Positions 25,801 through 38,126 of a stretch of 64,000 nt of DNA are shown here, one piece after another. The stretch covers positions 10,930,379 to 10,994,378 of the forward strand of contig CM119265.1 in assembly GCA_051294375.1 (NCBI GenBank). The letters are read 5' to 3'. The notes under the pieces are model-generated. The model had not been told where the DNA came from. It made no database searches and saw only the letters and a program-made list of their open reading frames with translations. The position numbers were made by a program, and so were the translations under genes. The DNA is from Paraspadella gotoi (taxonomy: Eukaryota > Animalia > Chaetognatha). Numbering within the stretch: position 1 is the stretch's first letter; every line of letters begins with the position of its first letter.

Positions 25801-28800
25801 TTTTTATCATTTTTTCATATAAGCCTGACTTTATTGCCCTGATGTCTTTTCTACAAGAAGACCCATGGATTTGGAGGGTAGTAGCCATAAATCTATATTT
25901 TTATTATAATCCATGATTAATTTGGAACAAAAATACGTACAACTTTGAAGACACGGCATTTTAATTTATTAAAATAATTGAATTTTTTAGTTGGAAAAAA
26001 AACAGAATTTTTTGTTCATAATTATGAATAAAGAAAACGAGCAAACATTTTGTATTTCTAAAAACATCCGATTGGAGATAATTATTTTGGGCCAAATCTG
26101 ATGTTTTTCGTTTTTTTAAATTCTTTATGCAAAAATATAATTATCATGATCATTGGTCAAATCAATTTTTTAAATCTTTTTTATACAAGACTGACTTTCT
26201 TTAACTGATGTCTTTTCATTAAACAAGTTTGAGCAAACAATGTCGGATCTGCCTTCGATAATTAAGTGGTTATAAGCTAACTCGGTCAACTTGCATAATT
26301 TAATCAACTTGCATTAATTGTGGTCACTTGCATTATTTGGTCAACTGACATTAATTTTGTCAGCTGCATAATTTGTCACTGGCATAATTTGGTCAACTGA
26401 CATAATTTGGTCAACTGACATAATTTTGGTCAACTGACATAATTTGTTAATGACAAAATTTTTTTTCAACTGACATAATTTTTCAACTGACATAATTTTT
26501 TCAACTGACATAATTTGGTCAACTGACATAATTTGGTCAACTGACATAATTTGATCAATTAACATAATTTGGTCAACCGGCATAATTTGGTCACTGCATT
26601 TGGTTCAACTGGCATAATTTGGTCAACTGGCATAATTTGGTCAAAAGGCATAATTTGGTCAAAAGGCATAATTTGGTCAAAAAGGCATAATTTGGTCAAA
26701 AGGCATAATTGGTCAAAAGGCATAATTTGGTCAAAAGGCATAATTTGGTCAAAAGGCTAATTTGGTCAATGGCATAATTTGGTCAACTGCATAATTTGGT
26801 CAACTGGCATAATTTGGTCAACTGGCATAATTTGGTCAACTGGCATAATTTGGTCAACTGGCATAATTTGGTCAACTGGCATAATTTGGTCAACTGCATA
26901 ATTTGGTCAACTTGCATAATTTGGTCACTGGCATATTTTTGTTAATTGGCATAATTTGGTCAATGAATCAATCAATCAATCAGAGAGAGAAACTTTAAAA
27001 AATTCAAAATAAATGTGTCTTTTGGTTTTCTAATTTGAACTCTTTTCCACTCCTACGATTCCATCAAAAAATTTTTATCCAGCTTTATCACATACTTTCC
27101 TACCCACACACAAAATTCCATTTCAATTTATCTATCCAATTTTAAATAAACATGAGTAAATTTAAGTAAAAAAATACTTCAAGTAAATATGACTTGTTTT
27201 TTCCATTTTAACTCATTTACACTCTTACCGATTTTTAAAGACTATTTTAATCGACCCAAAAACCGTCGGTCTAGTACCCTCTCTTGCTGTTAAAATGTTT
27301 GGAAAAGAGAAAGAGAGAGAGAGAAAGCAAGAGAGGGAGAGATCATAAAAAGACACGCATAAAGAGAGAGAGAGAGATTGATTATAGGCCTCCCAAAAAT
27401 ATCCCACTTTGGAAAAGTTGTGTTCTTGCCCAAAATTTCCTCATTCCAATTTTATTGATAAAAACGAATATCACAATGAAAAATTTCTCAGGAAGAGAAT
27501 TATGGACTTTCCACGCCACTTTATTGTGGCGTACCACTTCCGGTTAAAAAAAAACTTGTTTTTAGGAATAAAACGATTTTAAACTTAAATTATTTATTTT
27601 TATGGTTTAATTATACACAGACTGCATATGATTATTTTACTTTTTTATGAATTATAATTAAATGTAAATTTTTAAAAATATTAAATATTTTTATCAATAT
27701 TACCTCGAAAATAAAAAAGACAGGAAATAATCATATTTTTGAAAGATTTTTTAAATGCTATTCTTTTAAATTACAATTATTTTACTATTATATTTTTATA
27801 AATATGTGTTTAATATTTTTTTATTAGTTAACTGATCCATTATGACATTAATAAGAACAATTGTGAATAAGGCGATAAGTGGGCTGAAGACTGCATTCAG
27901 TAACTTCTATGCCCCCTCAGCAGCCACAGTCCTGGGCTTGGAACCAGGCTTGAGGATTTTCCACGCCTCCATAGTGGTCTACGGTCGTCCTCTTGCTTCC
28001 CACAGGGTCGTTACCAAGTTGAGATTGAACCCGGTACCTAGTGGTCATGAGCTGATGGCTTTACTCAATGAGCAACCGGGTCAGACTGAAAGGTGTTATG
28101 ATTATTGGCAGGGTGGATTTAGGCCATGCCCGACTACACAATTATTAACATAATTAAAATATTTTGATTTAAAAATAAAGTGAAACAAAATAATCTTTGA
28201 AGAAGTAATAAATTTAAAAAAATAGAAAGTTTTGTATCTTTTCCTTTCTTTTCATTTTTATTATTAATATTAGAGTTCAATGAAAATAAAAATCTCTACA
28301 ACTTTAACTCTAATAAAAATATAATGATGAAAGATGGATAGATGCCTTAACTCACCATAGCCAGTCCAAAACGGCAAGACAGCTATTTTTTAAATGAATA
28401 ATTTATATAGTTGTATTGCATTGTCACCAAAAATTGCGAGTGGACGTCGCGATAAATGATTATAGAGAATCGATGCTTCCTAGACAACTAATTCTTGTGC
28501 TAACTCAGCACTAAAACTCTCGGTTACGTAGATATAGCGCCGAGGAAACGAGGCCACCGGAGTCTTAGGCCCCAATGACGATTGTAACGTCTCACAGCAG
28601 ACCTGAGGTCCAGACGATAGAGAAATGCCCAGACTACAAGGTCAGTAGCAAGTATAAAGTAATTGTACTACTGACTGTATTAGAAGTCTGGGCAAAATAA
28701 ATATATTCTGGCAACTTGAGTAAATCCTCGGTTATATCAAGATCCTTTCACCGAACTACAGTCAAGCCTCAGTCGTCTTCGTTTCCTTACATTGTAAAGT

Positions 28801-31800
28801 TTCTCTCATTCGAATTTCAAGCCAGTAACAAAAACAATGTTTTTTCTCCCTTTTAATTGTTGTTATCAACTACATTTTTAACCTTTCCAATAATATCGTC
28901 ATATATAAAATTCGGCATTAAATATAAAAATAAATATTTTTCTAAATTGAAAAATATAGTGAATCTTAAAGACATAATATCAACTGTGAAGGTTTAAAGG
29001 TAACTTTGAGGACACCGATATTACTAATAAAATTAATGACATAATATAGATTATTAAATTATGCTAAACTCGTTTCTTTTTCCCCCTATTGTTTGAATTA
29101 TCTTATTAAAAAATATGGGTGCATATAATTTTTTTATTACCATCATAATTTGTGAGAAGCACAATTTAATTTATTCCAAAGTTTTACCCAAATTTTTTGT
29201 GAGACTGTTTCTCTCCCTCAATTTTATCCCTCCTTTCACTGGATTTGAAAGCCTTTAAATCTTGAAATAAAAATTTTTTAGCATAATTTTACTTTCGCAA
29301 AGCTGGGTTAGGGGAGGTTTAGGGTTATGGGTGGTTTATGAGTGGTTATGGTTAAGACGGTTTAAGGTTAAAGTAATTTTTTTAAAAGTAGTTTTTCCAA
29401 AGGCCAAAACATCAGTTAGTGAAAGTTTTTACCCATAATTTTGTCAAAAGCCAGCATTTTATAATATAAAGCCTTTTTTAAATGTTATCCTTTGACATAC
29501 AAAATGTAATTTATAAAGCAAAACCAAATAATTAGGTATTAAGATTATAAGTAACTGTATTTTGATTAATTACTAAGTGTGCTGGCTCAATAATTGCTTG
29601 CTTCTTTTAAAAATTCTTATCTTTTTTCAACCGGAAGTGGTTTGCGCAAAAAGTGGCGCGGAAAGTCCATATAGCGCATCCGGAGAAATTTTTAATGGTG
29701 ATATTCGTTTTCTCCACCTAATTTGGAATGAGAAACTTTGCGAGAATCAAGAACTTTAAAAAAGTTTGATATTCCTGGGAGATCTGATTGATTGATTGAT
29801 TTTGCTCAAAAGGTGAAAGTTTACCGCAATGAAAAAATAATTGTTAATAAGATGAACATTATAAATATGTACCTACAAGAAAGAGAGAGAAAGAGATAGA
29901 GATAATAAAAAGACACAAACAAAAAAAGAGAGAGGGAGTAATTGATTGAGTATGCTGAAAGCTCAAAAATTAGTACAGGATTTCTCCTAATTGGATTCTG
30001 AGACAACTCATTCTTTGGCTTTGATCTTTTTTTATTAGATTCAATTCTGTTCATTACTTATATTTCTGCCAAAGATTCTATCATTCAATCTCTTTCTCTC
30101 TCTCCTTTTCTTTTAATTAATTTCAACCTTTACACAGTGACATCCAAATGTGTGACCTTTTGAGTCTCTTGTTTTTCTTTTTCTTTAAAGCTTTACTAAT
30201 AATTAACTTTTTATGGATTGAAAGATCATGCATTAGATTTCTTAAGTTTTCCAAATACTCCGTTATAAAAAGCTAAAAATGCAATAATCTCATTTGCATA
30301 TTGCAGTAAAAAAGAATAATCTTTTAAAAAAAATAAATAATTTATAATTTTTCTTTCAGGTTTAAAACGCTTATAACTATATGTGGTTATTATGATTCAA
30401 AGGGTTATTAAGAAAGACTTATTTTTTTTTACAAAAAAAAAAAGAATTTGAAAAAAAAAGTACTTTGTCAAAGTGAAAAAAAGATAGATACGAAAACAGA
30501 ATCCCAGCCAGAAATTCAGAAATTAACAAAAATTGATCGAAATGACTTATTACGCAATGGCAAAGTTTAGTTCCAATAATATTTATGGGTAATAGATTTT
30601 TAAATTATTCACTATTTTACTGTATCTCGACAGCCTGTAACAATTTTGCACAGATTTTTTAGGATAACTTCTGTAAAGACTCAGGGAATAAAAAAAAATA
30701 TTCAGATGGGCTGAAATCAATAATAATTTTTTTCGCCTCGGTGGAACTCTCTTTCAGCTTTTAGCTTGCATTGCGTCGTAGACCAAAGGTCCGGAAACGA
30801 ATCCCGTGACATCACATTCTTATTGACTCGGTGACGATTAAATCGATGTATCGATTCACTTGCACCTGCTCTTGAACAAAATGGCAATTATTTTTGTAAA
30901 TTTTTATTATCTTAAATCTTTTAAAAATTATTTTTTTGATAATTTTTAACAAGTATTTTTTTCTTATTCTATTTTATTTTATTCAATTTTTTATTCTCTG
31001 TTTTGATAAAAGCATTTTAGTCATATATCATACTTCGAAACAAAAATAATATCGTTTTATTTATAAAATATTTTTGCAAGTACCAAAATGATATTAGTGC
31101 CACAGTAACAGTTCAGTTTAAGCCCTTTAAAGTGATTTACATATATTGGCGCAGCCACTGGTTAACTTTTAGAATTGAAAAGCTGGAAATTAAAACTCGC
31201 AGTCTTTGTTACAAATTCTCACGTTAATTCCTCACAATCCTTGCCAATTTTTTTTCTTACAGTTTGGTTTTTTAACTTTCTGTGAAAAAAAAAATAGGAT
31301 AAAATCTCTTAAAAAAATTACAAAAGCGAAAAAGTTTTTTTCACACTGAAACAAAAAAATGACAGCAAAATTTTTTTTAAGAAGTGGATAAAAACCACAA
31401 AACAAAAGAGCGACTTCGTCCGGTAAACCAGCGGGAAAAACTTAGTGGCGTCGATGCCCAACTCCTATAAAACCCCGAGGTGACAAAGTAAAACAGAAAG
31501 ACGGTTTCGTCTTCCGTTGTCGTCGCTTCTCTCACAAAAATCTCATTATTTACTTACGGAATAAAAAATATAAGCAAAATGGTCCAGAAATTTGGAATTG
31601 CACTTTTCGTTGTGTTCGTACTTGGCGAGGCAAACGCTCATGAAATTGGTACAACCAAAGATGGCACTTTGGATCAAATCGAGTTCGTACGCGCGGGTCC
31701 CGAAGATGGTGAGCATTATATGTAAATATCAGGTTTGAGGACATGCAATTTGCGGATTATGATTGTATTTTCAACTATCGCGTACACTTAACCTGCTAAA

Positions 31801-34800
31801 CCTAAAACAGAAAGAGGAACCATAGCAGAACCTTCACAGTACAAAAAATTAGGAAATTATGACCACCACAAACATTACGACCACCACGGCCACCACCACA
31901 ATTATCATTCCCACCATGGTGATCAACACGCACACAAGTATGAGCACGATCATCACGGCCACGATGATCATGACGATCAATATAGTCTTCACGATCATGA
32001 GAGGCATCACGATTATCACCACGATTACCATAAAGACAAGCATCATAGCCATCACCACGAAGATCATGAAGATAGCCACGACGACCATCATGGAAAGTAT
32101 CACTCCAGCCACCGTCATCATTCAGCCCATTCACACGAGTATCATCACGAGCATGGGAAAGCACATTCCTCGTCAGAGACTCAGCACAGCCATCACGACT
32201 CCAGACACCATCATACTCACCATCACCACGTCCACCATAAAGCTCATCATCATCATCACACATGTAAGTAAACGTATAAAAATGCACCGATGAGCTAATT
32301 TTGAAAATGAGAAAATACTTTTTTCAGCTCATCATTTCCATAACTTTGATCATCACCATCACGACCATCATCATCACAAACATATTGGTAAGTTCTAGAA
32401 ATGCAAAACGTTGAATTCATTCTAAAATTAAAATCTATTTTTTAAAGATGAATATCACCATTACCACACTGACGCTCATCACCACCGTCACCGACATCAT
32501 TTTCATCATAATTCTGGTAATCGAAATAAAAACATATGTAAATTTGAGTTTGATTCAAATTACGATTTCAATTCAAAATCATAGGGAAGACAGGTTCACT
32601 GGGAGTGAATAAATAAGACTGAGAGTCTTGATTGAAAGCTTGCAGAAACCTGCTATGTTATTATCTTGTAAGTGAGATGGAGGCCTTAAACCACCAAAGC
32701 CTGTCCAAAGTCAGGGACAAGATAGCTTATTTATAAAATGAACGGATGATTTTTATATTGGTTGTACCAATTTCATAATACCATGTTTGCAGAACACGAG
32801 CATGAAGAACACCATCTTCATCATCACGATGAACATCACAGTGAGCGACATGACCACACCCATCATCACAAACATCATAAGCGAGCGATAACAGAAAAAT
32901 TCATAAATTCAATAACCAAATCAAATTTTGGAAAAGGTGAAATTTTTTTAAGTTACCACAATATCATCTATCGATCCATTCCCTGCAATGATATATTTGG
33001 AATGACAAATGCATGGAGACCTAACCGCCCGTAATTGCATGTTCTTTTACCAGTTAATAACGATCAATGTGCCTGTTTGATTCAGTTAATCTACTAACGC
33101 TTTTTCCTTATGTCAATGAGTTTCCAGAAAAAGACGGCAAGGGCCGGAATTTTCCGAAGAGAGAGGAAGAAGAAATAAAGAGGTGTTTTTGCCGCCACAA
33201 AGCAAACACTATCATCACGAAGGGCAACATCATTACTACAAAAAGGGAAAAACTGTGACTAGAGACGAATATGTAAAATCACTGATGAAAAGTAGATCTC
33301 AATCAGGGGCAAAACAAAGTTTAGAAAGACGCAAGTTTAAAGAAGAAAATCCGGACAGTTGGAGAAATTACGGAGATAGTTATTCCAAAGTGAAAGAAAG
33401 TAAACTCCGAAAAGATCCGCCCAAAAATAAAAATTACGAAAAATACAGAAAGAGCTATAGTGACACCACTAATATGCCACCAAGAAAATCTGGACATCGC
33501 AGAAAAACATTCACGGCGCAGAGCACAGGAAAACACAGGTTGGTCTACTCGAGAAATACAATAATTTATTAATACAGATTACAGAAATTCGCAATTAAAT
33601 TACATTTCGCACAATTTTTCGGAAAGATAAACATTTCAGTTTTTTTTATGTGTTATACAAATGATAGTTAATACAAAGTTGATGTTTAATAATTCCTATT
33701 TGCAGAAGACGTGATTTCGTACGACGAAATCCCAATGAGAGCAAAATTCCTCACGGCTCGGGTTGTCAAACACGAGGAAAAAGATCTGCAGGTACGAGAT
33801 CAATAAAGCGGTGTTTTAAATTCTTAACTACGTAGAATCTATTCGTCTCTAGATCTTCGAATTCGGGACGCTGTGCAAAACCCCGAAGAAAATACCGGAA
33901 AGCTCTCGCCTACCTTGAACCTGATGAGCCTCATAAAATCTTACGACAATCACCGATATAAAAAGATTTACCCTCAAGAATACGAGAACATCAGCAGACG
34001 ACATCGAAGAAGGATTTCGAGAGAGTACCAGGGCTACGCTTTTAAGAAAAAACCCTGGAGCGGCTGGGGCGGTTACGGAGACAAGAACGACGACTCTTAC
34101 GAACACCGCTCCTCAGTACACGGCAGAAGCTATTCTCATCGCGAAAGACGACCTACATCTTCGGCAGAGGCCAAACGGTTGGAGAAAAAAGCGATGGATA
34201 AACACTTCGGTAGCGGGATCAAGTACACAAAGTACAAGGATCTGCCCAAGGAACACTTAAAATGGTTGGAGAAAAAGGGGATGCTTGATAACGTCAGAAA
34301 GAGTCTCCAATCGGGCGTGAGAAGAAAAGCGTCTTCTTCGGCATGGAATTCGAAATCGAGCGAGTCGTGGCGGGACCGACATCGAAGTTCCGACTCGAAC
34401 CACAAGGGCAGAGCCGAGAAATCCTGGCGAGACTCCACGCACGGATCGCGATATCATCGACTGCGCAACAAGTCGCCCACGCCGTCAAGGGGCGACGCTG
34501 GCCGGCGATCAAGGTCAAAGGATCGTGGTAAATTCAGAACGTGGGCGTCCGAGGAAAAAGAGTATCGCACCTTCGATTCGTACGACGACTATCAAAAGTG
34601 GAGGAATGGGAAAAGAAGGGTTAAGAGAGCGACGAAATTGCACTCCACCAGCAGCGCCAGAGACCACCACTACGCACCCATTCACGTGTACTTTGCGGGC
34701 AAGAATAACAAAAAGTTCCGATACAGCAGCAGTAGTTCAGGCAGTAACAGCCGCAGTGAAGCTTATGATTACTTTTCGAACAGCGGCATAAGTGGAAAGA

Positions 34801-37800
34801 ACTACGATAGCTCCTCAACTCACGACCGGGGACCCTTTCGCGCTTGGGACGCCGATCTAGGTCTCTACAGATCCTTCTCCAGTTATAAGGAATACAAAGA
34901 CTATGAGAAAAAGAAAGCACAAAAAAATAATAGACGTCGTCCGGTCGCCAAGGGTCCCATGGATTGGGTACCGAAAGACGATCGACCGCATGTAGTCAAC
35001 GTCTACTCTCAACGGCAAAAGGCGGTCGTCAAAGCTTTGGGATGGAGTCGAAAAAAACGGTCAGCGCCGTTAGCTAAGTACTCCTTGTTCGACCCTTCGA
35101 TGATAGAACCCTGGAATTACGACGAGTATGGAAAGAAAGTGGTCAGCGCGGAATCTCACTTTCACTCTTCAACTGACTCATCGTCCAGGGAAGAATCATC
35201 CTCCTTTAATTTCTTCTATCCCTTCGACAAGAGGACAAGACATCGATCGCGTCTTGGATGGAACGACTATGAATCGTCAAGTTCTGAGGAAGAGGATTGG
35301 CCAGAAGTAGAGCGAGTCAAAGGACCGAGAAGAGGATCGGCGAGAGACGATTCTCGAGGAGTCCCTCGGCGGAAATGGATTCCGCACGAGAACGCATCCG
35401 GCGTTGACGAGCAGCCGCAACAGTCGCCGCATCGGCGGAGATACGATTGGAATCCTCCTCCGCCACCTAGCGATTCCGAAGAACGAAGATATCGTGCCTA
35501 CGATGATCGTCGATCGCGACATCACGTGGAGCCTTCGACCAAAATAGACGGAAGGTCTTACTATCACCTGCCCGCGAAGAACCAGGGACGGGATGAAGGG
35601 CGTCACGGCGAGGAGGGATACTCCCCCGCGTTGTCGCCTCACACTCACGTCCGAGGAAAGACGACTTTCATCGATCACGGCGTGTCACATCAAAGGACGA
35701 AGAGCGTGAAGAGGCACGACCACGACCCCAGATATTATTATCATGGAAGCTGGGAAAGTTACGATCGGCCGAGCATTGAAGAATCCCCATCTTCTTCGAG
35801 GATGCAAGCAAATGAAGCCCGGAATTCCCCTCAAGTTCCGCCCACCTCAGCGCCAAAATTCGAAAGACTGATCGATCGACTGAACGTGAGGTTGACCGAC
35901 TTGAAGGACGTGCTTGTCCTTGGACAAGATAAGTACCTCTCATATGAGTCGAGAGAAGACGATTTTGGTGACTGGGAGAGGAATAAGGAATGGAGAGGAA
36001 AACGAGCGACAAAAGTAGGAGGGCTCGACTACTTCAGAAGGAAAGACCAAAACCGAATTTACTCGGACGACAACGACGACTCAAGTTACGCTGACCGCGT
36101 GGAAGAATACTTAGCCAATGCATGGGGATCGGAGGGTTTTAGGGGAATTTCCAAAAATCGTAAAAAAAAAGAAAACGGACATTTTTTAGGCCAGGACCGT
36201 GGGAATTTCGGATATGAAAGGGAATATTCAGACCACGGTGACAAAGAAGATATTAATTGGAATTCGAGAAATAGAAACATGGATTCTGATATTTATGTGA
36301 AAATAAAGCCAAAATACAAGTTTAAAAAGGCCCGCCGAATGACAAAAGAGTCTCGTCGCGTCAAATATCAATCACAGCCAGGAAACCACCCATGGCACGC
36401 TGATGACGAGTATAACAATCCTTATGAGTACTATCCGCAATATCCCCTGCATGCTATGAACACCAGAAATTATTATCCCTCAAAAAAGAGCAAGAAAAAA
36501 CGATTGAATCGAATAGAAGCGAGTCAAAAACATTTCAAAACATGTAAGTTCCTCCGTAGTTAATAGAAAGCAACTATAATAATTACTTAATACTGAAAGA
36601 ACACAATCATCCTTTTCAATTATATAAATTGTAAAATTTTCACCTCAACACATTTTTAAATCAAACTCAAAAACCCAACCCTTTTCATAGATGCAGATCC
36701 GGAGTGCAACAGCCTCGATGGCGTTTTTCCGATGAAAGACAACTGTGCTATGTTTTACGTCTGCTTAAAAGGAAAAGTAAGTACTATTAAGTATTAAGTA
36801 AATATTTGTAAAATTTGAGAAAACTGAACATCTCATCAGATTATTATTTAGTTTATAATGTGATTAATTAATGTCAATTTAGGTAACTGGAAGGTACATG
36901 TGTCCGAGGGGATTGACTTTTGACGAGCAAAAAGGGATATGCACAAGCAAGCGAAGCGGTTGTGTCAATAATTAGTCATTTGTAGCAGCTCAAGTGACGA
37001 TGACAACAAAAACAACAAACGACCACATATTCGCCACTTGAGTTAACTAGACAATATGTAGTACACATTGCTACTTACAGACCTTTTGGCAAATTTATTG
37101 TTATTGTCATAGTATACTATAATTTCGGCATATTACAAATAAATTCGAAGAAATAAATAATGATTTTTTGTTGGCTCTGTTTTTTACCAAGAATATTTCC
37201 TGAGTATTATTTAACGTAGTTCGGCAAAATATTGGTCTCTTGAAAAAATAAAAAAACTATCTTTAAAAGAAAAAAAAATTCCTCAAAATTTGAAAGTCCT
37301 TTTCCTGTTGTCTGACGTGATTATTCACACTTTGATAACTCGAGGAACGCTTTTTCACAAAACCGCAGACGAAATGTTCATCACTTGTAAAAAAGGTGTT
37401 ATTTTTTAAAGAGTAATTATTTTTTAAAGAGTAATTTTTTTTTTAAATTGAGCCCAAAATTAATAAAAAAAATCTTAAAAGTTGAGAAAATTAATAAAAA
37501 AATCCTATTGAAGTAAATAAAATTCGTTGCAAACAAAAACTTTGTCAATTCTCTAAAAAAATCCTAAAAAATCTTAAAAGCATAAGGATCGTCGCAATCG
37601 CATAAGAAAAATCTGGATTGACGACAAATTTTTATACTAAAAAAAATCTAATTTGAGAAAAGAAAATTAATTTATAAACAAAGAAAAAGAAGAAAAGAAT
37701 AAATATAAAGAAAAAATAGGAAGGAAAGAAAGAAAAGAAAGGAAAGAGAGAAAAGAAAGAAAATAAAGGAAAAAAAGAAAAAAAAATAGAAAGGAAAGTA

Positions 37801-38068
37801 AGAATAGAAAGGAAAGAAAGAATAAAAAGGAAGGAAAGAATAGAAAGGAAAGAAAAAATAGAAAGGAAAGAAAGAATAGAAAGGAAAAAAAGAATAGAAA
37901 GGAAAAAAAGAATAGAAAGGAAAAAAAGAATAGAAAGGAAAAAAAGAATAGAAAGGAAATAAAAAAAGGAAGAAAAGAAAGATTAGAAAGGAAAGAAAGA
38001 AAAATAAAAATAAAGAGAGTGACGAGAAGAAAGAACGAAATAAAAACCTGATGTTGCGATAGCAAAAT

Positions 38069-38126
<58 letters not shown>

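Noticed and set aside
26340-26960. CRISPR array or coding repeat (DQIMSV ORFs)
   Set aside because: Contiguous 18-bp units with no unique spacers, in a eukaryotic intron; the ORFs arise from a unit length divisible by 3.
27420-29770. Inverted ~150-bp arms (27420-27550, 29625-29770), and similarly 23600-23690/30780-30850, as a special structure
   Set aside because: Most simply old TIR-element arms or dispersed repeat copies; boundaries and TSD could not be defined.
31802-32293. Thr/Ile/Met-rich and antisense ORFs from the track
   Set aside because: These are shadow frames of the His-rich exon; splice phases and the signal peptide select the His frame.
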